DNA from: Sphaerodactylus townsendi
Lineage: Eukaryota
Reading direction: 5' to 3'
Assembly (NCBI RefSeq): GCF_021028975.2
Contig: NC_059430.1
Location: forward strand, 38,998,001 to 39,062,000
Length of the DNA stretch: 64,000 nucleotides
Part shown: in pieces, positions 15,201 to 24,800 of the stretch
Layout of the letters: each line of letters starts with the position of its first letter
How positions within the stretch are numbered: position 1 is the first letter of the stretch
Notes under the pieces: generated by a model
Databases searched by the model: none
What the model was told of the DNA's origin: nothing
What the model saw: the letters and a program-made list of their open reading frames with translations, nothing else
Position numbers and translations under genes: made by a program

Positions 15201-16221
15201 TTTAGTCTGAACAACCAATCAGATCTCCAGTGGCCAATCAGAAGCCCTGCTGGGCAAGACCCCACATGGCCCCACCCATTTTCTAAAAACAATTGGTGGG
15301 TATTAGGAAAAATGTCAGCAGGTGCTGTAGCACCTGTGGGAACTACATTGGAAACCTGTGGGGTAGAATTTTCCTTTTTAAAAAATTGAAAGCTAACAAT
15401 TCAAACGACAGTAGACAGGTTAATAAAACATTATAATACTACAACTATCAACTGCTGATGTTTTTAAAAGCCCTCTTGTGGTGGGGAAAGAATAGCGACT
15501 ACAAGAGCTGATGTGGACCGTGGACAAAGTATCTCTGCATTCACAGTGGCAATAAAAGCTCTACAGAACATTATCCCTATGTGGAAGCAGCCACTGATTG
15601 GGAAAGAAAAGGACTCTATGGAAGCACGTAATTGGTAGTTTCTCATTATAAGTTCTAAAACCAGCAGTGAAGGTTTACACCATTGAAAAGGTGTAAAGAA
15701 CTTAGAACATCTTGTTTTATAGATCTTGTGGTAGCCAGCTATGGATAATTTGAGAGTCAAGACTGGCCAAATAGCTGTCAGCTACCCACAAATGATTAAC
15801 AACTTGTCCTATAGTAAAAGTTCAGGACGGGTAAGGGTACTTCATTATTTGTATCTACACAACACTCCTGTAAAGCAGGTTGTAGTTATAGGCTGGGAAG
15901 GCAGGACTTCAGTAAGATCTCTCCAAAGTTATTGTGCTCTCTTCTGAAAAAGGAGAATGCCAGAAGGGCCAAATAAGTATTTGGATAATCAAAGAACTTT
16001 CATATTAAATAAAAAATAAAACTGAAATGTGTGAGTGTGTAATGCCATTTATAAACACACACACACACACACTTGTATATCCTATATGACCAAAGGATAC
16101 TTCGTGGTCCATCATCTAATTTAGAGTGCACAATGCCACCTTTCTTTTCTTCAGTCGCCGGTGACAATATCAAGAATCCCTTTAAAGGGCTCACAAAACA
16201 ATTAGTGGGTATAAGTTCCAT
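284..16221 (-). CDS. FAM227A: FAM227A (FWWh-domain protein), 5' part; coding exons 16221-16101, 14231-14146, 10909-10834, 8191-8112, 5838-5692, 5351-5250, 4605-4501, 3457-3334, 2053-1946, 354-284; continues beyond the left edge
   Basis: Ten exons with GT/AG ends and compatible phases give 340 open codons: MELIPTNCF..., [104 protein letters not shown]. These resemble FAM227A, and the gene lies head-to-head with CBY1 as in other amniotes. Exons 10909-10834, 8191-8112 and 354-284 rest mainly on splice signals and phase. Confidence 0.88.
3583..3648. repeat. Perfect 33-bp tandem duplication
   Basis: TACAACTTTGTGGTTCACTGAAGTCTCATCAGG x2. Confidence 0.9.
7334..7793. mobile_element. hAT-like element with internal long palindrome, inserted in a SINE
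   Basis: 8-bp TSD CTGCCATG (7326-7333, 7794-7801); imperfect CAG(A/T)GGC termini; inverted repeat 7499-7609. Confidence 0.75.
11547..11695. mobile_element. Palindromic ~150-bp hAT MITE (family A)
   Basis: Whole element is a hairpin; TSD GACTATGG. Confidence 0.85.
11996..12082. repeat. ~34-bp tandem repeat, about 2.5 copies
   Basis: TGGATGAGGGCAAACAAAGGYAATCATTGATTGTA repeated. Confidence 0.85.
14232..16100 (-). other. U12-type (minor spliceosome) GT-AG intron of FAM227A
   Basis: 5' site GTATCCTTT (16100-16092); branch point TTCCTTAAC (14252-14244) ending 12 nt upstream of the exon; no polypyrimidine tract; phase is continuous across the junction. Confidence 0.92.
15080..15199. mobile_element. 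Palindromic hAT MITE family A, internally deleted
   Basis: Similar to 11547-11695; TSD (C/T)TTTAGTC. Confidence 0.8.
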
Positions 16222-16769
16222 TTTTCTTCTGCACAGGAGAGAAAACATGAGCAACACATTTTTATTATTTTCTATACAGACTTTCCCACTGTTCGGCTCT
16301 CAAAACATGATCCCACTTGAGATTCGGTTTAAACTAAAGCGTTCTTTTATGATTTTCAACACAATGGTAGAAAAGTTATAATGAAGACACCACCATATAC
16401 AGCTTAGGGTAGTAAAGAGACTCCATTTCTTATATCCATTTCTTTTTGACAAGAGCAGCAGCCAACAAAGAGACAGACATAAGGCACTAGCAGTTTTGGA
16501 AGAACTCAAACGTAATTGCAGGGTAACACCTTTATAAAGCCAAATAAAATGTCGAAAATATTGAGCAAGCTTTCAAGTTCCCTAGGATATTTCATGAATA
16601 CAAACATGCAGTACAGGCTAAGATTGCCAAAAGGGCTGATGTTGGTTGCAAGCTCCTTATTTACACTTCCTAGTTCCTCACATGAGAATACAACCACAAA
16701 TATTGAGAATACTTAAAGTGGTCTGTACCCGAAAATGAGCCTTGGCCCATGAAATATCATACCCCGCGC

Positions 16770-16801
16770 GCACACACACGCACACACACGCACACACACA
16801 C
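16770..16801. repeat. Interrupted (CA)n microsatellite (others at 16035-16052, 55996-56014)
   Basis: Read directly from the sequence. Confidence 0.85.
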
Positions 16802-17328
16802 CCCAGACCTGTGCTATTTCCTGGTCCAAAACACAGTTTTTGAGCTGATTACTCTAAAGTGGGGTGCCTGGGACGGATGCACATTCAAGAATTGGGGGAA
16901 GCTGTACCCTATCTTTGGACCTGTTGTCTACAAGAGGACATACACTGGTGCCTAGTCCAAATAGCATCAAGAGCTTCCATTGGAGTTGCTCCTGAGAAGC
17001 TTACATTGGGAAAAATTGACATGCCCTCTGCACCCCAAAATAAGCTTCGTACCACCACATGTCTAGTTTTGTCCTCAATGTTAAATACAAGGGTTTTGCG
17101 AACTCTGGGCCAAATGGCTCTCCTGGCTTCAAATCTATTTTGGCCCTTATTTAGATTACACTGTGCTAGATGCAAAAGAAGAAGTTCAATGGTACCATCC
17201 TAAGCAGAGTTATATCCTTCTAAGCCCACTCATTTCACTGGATTTACAAGGGTGTAATTCTACTTCGGAGGACACTGTAGACACATGTGAAAGAAACGCA
17301 AAGCCTGAAAATACTTACTATATGTTAC

Positions 17329-17465
17329 CTTTAAACTTCTATGATGCCCTATGGTATGACACAGAATTTGAAGAGCAAACTTTCCTTCAGACAGTTGTCC
17401 TTAGTTTTGAAGCATTGTTTACATGCTCTTGAATCCGTTGCTTTGCTTTAAATGTTTCAATCAAA
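17329..17465 (-). other. Possible non-coding 5'UTR exon of FAM227A
   Basis: Acceptor ttcctatctgcctctttcactgtAG and donor AAG|GTAACA, lying between the promoter and the ATG exon. Splice signals only. Confidence 0.4.
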
Positions 17466-17972
17466 CTACAGTGAAAGAGGCAGATAGGAAATTATTATTT
17501 TAAAATATTGTACAGCATTTTGGACCTGCAATCCTATGCACACTTTTCTTCCAAGTTAAATCTCATTGTTCAATGGACCTTTAGAGTAAAAATGAATCAG
17601 TCAAATTGGATAATAAGTTTGATTGACCTCATGGGTGAGATTCCCATTCCCTTAGCAGTTGGAACTCTTTCCCTTTTCTGCTAACAATACCCTCAAGGCT
17701 TTGGCTAGTGTAGGCGGCATTGCTGAGAGGTGCTGCTCATCACTCTTATCTAGAAGACACAGGGTAAAGCTGATAGCCTAATCCTATGCATGTCTACTCC
17801 ATCAGCAGTCCTGCTATGTTTGCTGGCAATGAAAGTGTGCACAGGACTGCAGCCTTAGACTGGCACAACCAACAATAAAGAAACAAAGAAAAGGTCTTTC
17901 ATGTGGAAAGTTCTCTTCCTCATCTTATTAGGGTTTTTTTTACAAACAGAAATGTATTTATTTACTTATACT

Positions 17973-18164
17973 CAGTGGTGGGATCCAAACATTTTAATAA
18001 AAGGTTCCGATGGTGCTGGGATTCAAACAGTGGCGTCGCCACACACACGCACCTCCAGCCCCTATTGGGCAGGGAGGTTGCTTTAGTAACCCCTTCTCGG
18101 CACTCAGAAAAAATTAGTAACCACTTCCAGAGAAGTGGAGAGAACTGGTTGGATCCCACCTCTG
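17973..18164. mobile_element. hAT MITE
   Basis: TIR CAGTGGTGGGATCCAA / TTGGATCCCACCTCTG; TSD CTTATACT/CTTATACC. Confidence 0.8.
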
Positions 18165-18285
18165 CTTATACCCCATCTTTCTCCCCAGTGGGGACCCAAC
18201 ACAGCACGTGTTTGTGTGACCTGTGATTACTAAGTGATTGCTAATACAGAAAAACAATACAGAGGATTTAAAAAGTACCTTCCCA

Positions 18286-19943
18286 CAGGGACGTAGGTAT
18301 AGATTATTTATGGGATGGTTTTGGGGGTGGGGCCACACCCCCACCCGCCCCTAGGGCATGGCCACGCTTTCCCAAGCCCCGCCCCCAGCCTAGCGGTCAT
18401 AAAAGCAGACTCCCCCGCCCTGCCCTCCCCTGCCCCCAATCAGCTGGGCACCCAGCTGTCAGCTGGCAGTCCCTTCTGCCCTCCTCTCTGGGCAGAGGCA
18501 TAGAGGGAAAATGGAGCCCGGTGCAAAATCTGAGTTTTGCCCCCCCCCCCCCCCCAGCAGCCGCTGTGATGCTGGAATCCACCCCCAAACAGCATCACTT
18601 TCAATGGTGTTTAAACTAGAGAGCCCAAATTCTCCTGTTAAATCCATCTTAAAGGGAGAATCTGGGGTCCCCAGTTAAACAACACTGAAAGTGATGCTGT
18701 TTTGGGGTGGATTATCCCCCACGGTGAAACAGCATCACTTTCAATGTGGCGTAGTGGTTAAAAGCAATTGCATTCTAATCTGGAGGAACCGGGTTTGATT
18801 CCCTGCTCTGCTGCTTGAGCTGTGGAGGCTTATCTGGGGAATTCACAGGCCAGCTGGGTGACCTTGAGCTAGTCACAGCTTTTGAGACTCTCCTCTGTAG
18901 CCTCCCACCCACCTCTCACAGAGGGTGTTTGTTGTGAGGGGGGAAGGTCAAGGAGATTGCAAGCTCCTTTGAGTCTCCTACAGGAGAGAAAGGGAGGATA
19001 TAAATCCCAACTCTTCTTCTAAACTGAGGACCTCATATTCTCCCTTTAAATCCATGCCGAAAGGGGTGGGATTTCAAAAAGGAAGAATCTGGGGAAATTT
19101 TGGGGGGTGCCTGCTGTCCAGGGGTGCAATTGTTAAAGCTAGCAGCACCAAACTTTTTTAGGGTATCTTTAGGAGACTCTCCTAATGATACCACCTAGGT
19201 TTGGTGAAGTTTGATTCAGGGGGTCCAAAGTTATGGACCCTCAAAGGTGTAGCCCCATCTCCAATTACCTCCCATTGGAAACCATGGGGGATGGGGGCAC
19301 CCCCCTTTGGAAGTCCATAGCTTTGGACCTCCTGGACCAAACTTCACAAAACCTGGGTGGTATCAGTAAGAGACTCTCCTGATGATACCTCCCAGGTTTG
19401 GTGAAATTTAGTTCAGGGTGTCCAAAGTTATGGACCCTCAAAGGTGTAGCCCCCATCTTCTATTAGCTCCCATTGAAAACAATGGAGGATGGGTCACCCC
19501 CTTTGGGAGTCCATAGCTTTGGACTCCCTGGACCAAACTTCACAAAACCTGGGTTGTATCAGTAAGAGACTCTCCTGATGATACCTCCCAGGTTTGGTGA
19601 AGTTTGGTTCAGGGGGTCCAAAGATATGGACCTTCAAAAGTGAAGCCCCCATTTTCTATTAGCTCCCATTGGAAACAATGGAGGATGGGGCACCCCCTTT
19701 GGGAGTCCATAACTTTGGACCCCCTGAACCAAGCCTCACCAAACCTGGGTAATATCATCAGGAGATTCCCCCAAACAATCCCTGAAAGTTTAGTGCTGCA
19801 AGCCTAAACAATGCGCCCCCTGCAGGCCAAAAACCGAAAAACAGTAAAAATGTTTTAAAAACCCACAAACGGAGGGGCGGAGCTTCGGACATGAATGCCG
19901 GGGTTTGAACCCGAGAACCCCCTCCCCCTTACCTACGTCCTTG
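18286..19943. mobile_element. 1.66-kb non-autonomous hAT-like element with internal ~196-bp tandem repeats and a nested SINE
   Basis: TIR CAGGGACGTAGGTA / TACCTACGTCCTTG; perfect TSD CCTTCCCA (18278-18285, 19944-19951); repeat units start near 19173, 19370, 19566 and 19762. Confidence 0.85.
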
Positions 19944-20249
19944 CCTTCCCATCAAATATCCACAGAGACCCAGCGGCGAGTATCAGAGGGAAATAGAGCA
20001 TCCCTCCGGCTCCCCCAAGGCTTCGCTTAGACTTTTATGTAAACATTTGCTCAGACTGATCCTCCTGCGCATGGTTACTCCGAGTCTAAAGCAACAACCG
20101 GATGCTTGCACAGGGAACTACTTTCCCTTGAAAGTTAAGAGTCTGGGGCTTACTCATAAGGAAGCACGTGTTTGGAATGCAACCCTGAAGAGGAACGGAC
20201 AGAGACCGTATCAGCGGCAAGGAGAAAGGGAATACTTCCTTCCCAGCCT

Positions 20250-21110
20250 AGATGAAGGGAGGTGGGTAGGTGGATCTTCCGTGTGGATAGTTAGCGCGGC
20301 CTCAAGCCCCCGCCCGTAAGTCAGCCAAGTGCTCGTTTGGTCCTCCAGCGCCTGGCGCAGGATACCTGTCTGCCTGATACCCTCGCCCGGAACCGGCCGG
20401 CTCGCCAGCCAAATTCTTGCTTGGAAACAAGCGTCCCGCTATAACCATGGCAACCGCACTGCGCCAACCATGTCGCGGATGCTTAAAGCCCCACTCAAAA
20501 CGGGCACCAACCACTCGCTACTGTTAGGGAATCCACATGAGAGGAGGGATTTGTTCGCCTGCTTACTAACCTGGGACTCAAACGAGTAACTAGGCTACCC
20601 CCCCTTAACAATGGTATGGTCCTGACTGAGGCACTGTTCCTCGCCCCGCCCATCATGGCAGTTTGGACGCTACCATTATAGGAAAAGAGACAGAGAAGGT
20701 ACTTTCTGATATTCCGTTATAACCTCTTCAGTTTCTTCTATGGCGCAGTGTCGTTTCTCTCACTTTCAGATTTTCGATAATGCAGTGTGAAGTCGCCTAT
20801 TCAGTGTGAAATTCTTGTGCCAGTTCTCTCCCCCCACCGTCTCCCCGCGCCGCCCATCCCTTTGCTCGAGGGTGGGGCTGACTGTTGCTCCCGTTACCCG
20901 CGCGTCCCTTTCCCACCCGCATTCACAACGTGTAGGAAAGGTGGGTACTTGTGCGCCTGCGCAGATCGGCATAAAAGTGGGTTCTGGGGTTACTTGCGTT
21001 GATGCTGGTGCGCCCGAGTCTCGCGGTTTTTGCATGAGGTTGTCAGGGAGTAGAATTTAATTTGGACCTCTCCTAGTCTTGTAATTTCGCCTCCCCACCC
21101 CGTGTCCGAA
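20250..21110. promoter_or_regulatory. CpG-rich bidirectional promoter region for FAM227A (-) and CBY1 (+); probable CBY1 non-coding exon 1 donor AAG|GTGGGT at 20940/20941
   Basis: CpG enrichment between the divergent genes; X-box-like motifs at 20416-20428 and 20441-20454; GC box near 20643. Confidence 0.7.
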
Positions 21111-21729
21111 GATCACAGTCAGATTATCAGGTTTCCTGCATAAGTGAAGCTAGGAACTCTGTCTGGGGTGGTGCTATTCATCGTCGTTTTGCTTTGGAAG
21201 AGCTTTGTGAAGCATCCTTAGGGATTGTGATAAGTGCCCATTCAAAGAGCTTCACCCGTTGCAAAGATGAGGGGAGCCAAACCTGTTGAACCTCTGGCTG
21301 TCACGAGGAGAGTTCTGTTTTGGGGGTGGGAGGTGTATGGTAGAAACGATAAGGCTTCTGAAAGATGTGAGGAGTGAATTACTTCCACATTTCGCTTAGT
21401 TGGTTCACAGTTTGGCTTACACAGGCCCATAGAGAAAGGTTGTAGAATCCTGGGATGTGCAACTTTTTTAAAATGTTGATTTCCCCACTTGCATCTGAAG
21501 TGATACAGCCCCCTTTTCCTCCTTGGTGTTCTGCCGCTCCATTTCTGTTGCGCGTGTAGGCTGTGCCTAAGCTAGGCAAAGGCGAGGAGCATTTTGTAAG
21601 GGGGTGCAGAAATTGCATTAAAATAGGATTCTCTAGAATATTGAAAAGTTTTTAAAAGCCTGACCAAAATTATCATGATGTGCCTGCCACATGAAGGAAA
21701 GTGAAAGCCTCTGGAGATTTCAGTTTAAG

Positions 21730-22094
21730 AGGACAAAAAGCCCTCACTGAGTGTTAAAATGATGGAGATCTACAGAATCTTGCTTGGTGTGTAGAAGAAG
21801 TGGGCGAGAGATGCTTGTCTTCTGCTCCCAACTAAAACTCAGAGTAATTCTGTGAAACTGATTGGCACGAAATTCAAGATAGACAAATGGAAGTGTTACT
21901 TCAAACACTGGGGAGCTGACTTACAGCACTCATTGCCACAAGCTGTGGTGATGGCCACTGGCTTAGACAGAATTACAAATAGGAGGATGAACAGATTGAT
22001 AGAGGATAAATCTGTCAGCCCTGATCACTGGCAGGTGCTGGGGGGCCCTTTTGAGGGCTTTTCTGTGATATATGACTGGTCACTGTTGGAAACA
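21730..22094 (+). mobile_element. Degenerate CR1 3' fragment
   Basis: KLIGTKFKIDKWKCYF..SLPQAVVMATGLD resembles the CR1 ORF2 end. Confidence 0.65.
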
Positions 22095-23532
22095 GCATTT
22101 TGAGGAACAAACCCTGAAAACAGCACCAAAAAAGCCCACCATATGGTTCCGCTATGTGGATGACACATTCACCATTTGGAGCCACGGAGAAGAAGAACTA
22201 AACAAGTTCCTGGACCATATCAACAAGATCCAGCCTAACATCCAGTTTACTATGGAAAAAGAAAATGAAGGAAAACTGCCATTTTTAGATGTTTTAGTCA
22301 TCCGCAAACCAAACCAGCAATTGGGACACACAGTATACAGAAAACCTACCCACACAGACAGATATCTACACAAAAACTCCAATCACCATCCAGGGCAAAA
22401 AAGGAGTACCATAAAAACTTTGGTACATCGTGCAAACAGAATCTGTGAACCTCACCTCCTACAAGATGAATTGAATCACCTAAACAGGGCTCTACAGGCT
22501 AATGGTTACTCTAATACAGAAATCAGAAGGGCTGCAAGACCAAGAACAAGCCACATGAACAAAGATAAAGAGCCATCTAGAGGGAAAGTGTTCTTACCAT
22601 ACATCAAGGGAACCACACTGGATCTAGTAGGAAAACTGATGAAGAAGCACAACCTGGACAAACAATCTACAGGCAGCACGTCAAGAAAATTCAACAGATG
22701 CTAATGCGTTCCAGCAAAGGATAAGAGGGATCCTTTAGCTACTGTAGGAGCTCTATCGCGATACCATGCAGCTGCCAGGACAAAGTCTACACCCAAAGGA
22801 ACCAAACAAAACGCAGCGCCGCAGCTTAGGACATGTATCAAAGAACCGCGAAGGCACTGCGTAGGACTATTTCAGCCAGAAAAAATCAGCAATAGCAGAA
22901 CACATAATAAACCAACCTGGACATAGAATATTATTTGAAAAAAACAGAAATTCTGGACCACTCTTGAAAGCCACTCACGATCCAGACTACACAGAGAAGC
23001 AATTGAAATCCATAAGCACATGGACGAATTTTAGCAGGGAAGGGGAAGAAACTATGAAAGATGAACAGAACTTTGGCTGCCAGTGTTGAAAATAATGCTA
23101 GAGTCAAGCCAGTGTCTAAACCAGCTCCTACACAAACACAGGATGACCATCATGACAAAAAAAGAAACAAAGGCCAGGATACTTCTATTCAGATGCTCCC
23201 ACCAGTGACCTTGCTATCTCCAAAGTGACAGCCTCCCCATGCTATAATGAACTTCATTGTTACTCATAATTCTATTCAGATGCCCTCAACTATTGACCTG
23301 GTTGCCTTCTTTGTTACTCACAGACAATGTTTCTCCCACCCACCCTGGACACTCCAACAGATATATATACTCCACTTGCTTTCCCAACATCAGATCCTCT
23401 GAAGATGCCAGCCACAGATGCAGGCGAAACGTCAGGAGAGAATGCTGCTAGAAGCATCGGCCACATACCCTTTGTAGCCCGAAACCACACAGCACCCAAG
23501 TGATTCCGGCCGTGAAAGCCTTCAACAATACA
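22095..23532 (+). mobile_element. 5'-truncated Penelope-like element: RT C-terminal part, frameshifted GIY-YIG endonuclease, 3' terminal repeat with hammerhead
   Basis: ORF 22072-22704 contains WFRYVDDTF, NIQFTMEKE..KLPFLDVLV and VYRKPTHTDRYL (Penelope RT/thumb motifs); downstream degraded KSAIAEH and REAIEIHKH are typical of the PLE endonuclease region. Confidence 0.9.
23395..23437 (+). ncRNA. Minimal type-I hammerhead ribozyme motif in the PLE terminal repeat
   Basis: TCCT-CTGAAGA-T-GCC..GGC-GAAAC-GTC-AGGA: intact CUGANGA/GAAA core, GUC triplet, TCCT/AGGA stem I, palindromic ACGT stem III. Confidence 0.8.
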
Positions 23533-24262
23533 TAAGCATTTTATTGTCATTGTGCACACACAACGAAATTTACAGCAGCATTCCTCGATGCACACAATTT
23601 CAGACTCATACCCCATCCTCACTTTCCCCTTCCTCCACCCATCCCTCCACAGCCCCAAACACATCAACATGAATACTGGGCTAGAAGGAGAATTGGCCTA
23701 TTCCAGCATGGCTATATTTGCATTCTTGACATGCCTCATTATCTCCACCAACTCTACTCCAGTAAAAGCTGGGCCTGGGATTTCTTTAAGATATGTTCAG
23801 TTAATTACCAACTCGTTTCTGGGTTATCCTCATTTTGAGAAAGACCTTGTGATATTTAGTTGGCATTCTTGATATCAGTAGTAAGGGACTGCAAAGAATG
23901 GGACATGTGATGTTTTTATTTAACCACTCTGGATTAAATGTTCCTAGGTTTTGCCATAACTGGCCACCCTAACAGCTCCTTTATAAGTGATGGTGTGGTG
24001 GTTAGGGTGTCAGGCTAGGATCTGAGAGACCCATGTTTGAATCCCTGCTATTCAGTGGAAGCTCGCTGAGTAATGTTGGGCCAGTCATACACTCTCAGCC
24101 TAACCATCTTCACAGGGTTGTTTTGAGGATTACACTGAGAACTTGGGACTCCCACTGGGGAGAAAGATGGTGTATAAATGAAGCCAGTACAATTAATAAG
24201 TCTCTGCTTAGGGTCACACTGTACATCACATAAAAAGCAGGCAGAACTGCTCATTACTCTGA

Positions 24263-24403
24263 GGCTCATTCCGCATATGCAGAATAATGCACTTTCAAAC
24301 TGCTTTCAGTGCTCTTTGAAGCTATGCAGAATAGCAAAATCCACTTGCAAACAGTTGTGAAAGTGGTTTGAAAATGCATTATTTTGCGTGTGCGGAAGGG
24401 GCC
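24263..24403. mobile_element. PIF/Harbinger-like MITE
   Basis: Inverted termini GGCTCATTCCGCA / TGCGGAAGGGGCC with long subterminal complementarity; 3-bp TGA on both sides. Confidence 0.65.
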
Positions 24404-24800
24404 TGATACTTTTCATTATGAGAGAGAAGACAGATTAACTTAATTTTGGATCTAAAGATGGCATCCGTTTTTCTCTAATCCCTTCTATTCTTTACAACGA
24501 GCTGTTGTAACAGACCCTTAACCCAAAGGAGGTGGTAGCTAAGGCAACTGAGGAGGGGAGACTGACAATATTTTTGTAAGTTTTCCAATGTAAAAGGGCT
24601 ACAAACTCATTTTTTGAAAAAAAACTGACAGTTGACTTTTTTCCATATGGTTTTCATATCACGCCAAAAGCATTAAGCTTCCCTCGCGAGTGTATTGTTG
24701 TTCAGCTCTTTCTGATGCGCCTTTTGTCATTCTTGCTGTTTATTTCTTTTGCTACTTTTTCATGTTGGCAGTCAGAGTGAGGTTTTTGTACTGAGGAACC

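Noticed and set aside
18746-18815. tRNA-like A/B boxes
   Set aside because: Head of a tRNA-derived SINE; no complete cloverleaf.
19170-19790. Regularly spaced repeats resembling a CRISPR array
   Set aside because: Whole ~196-bp units repeat with no unique spacers; eukaryotic context and no cas genes.
20359-20366. Minus-strand GTATCCTG as a second U12 donor
   Set aside because: Deviates from GTATCCTT, and I found no matching U12 branch point at the candidate acceptors.
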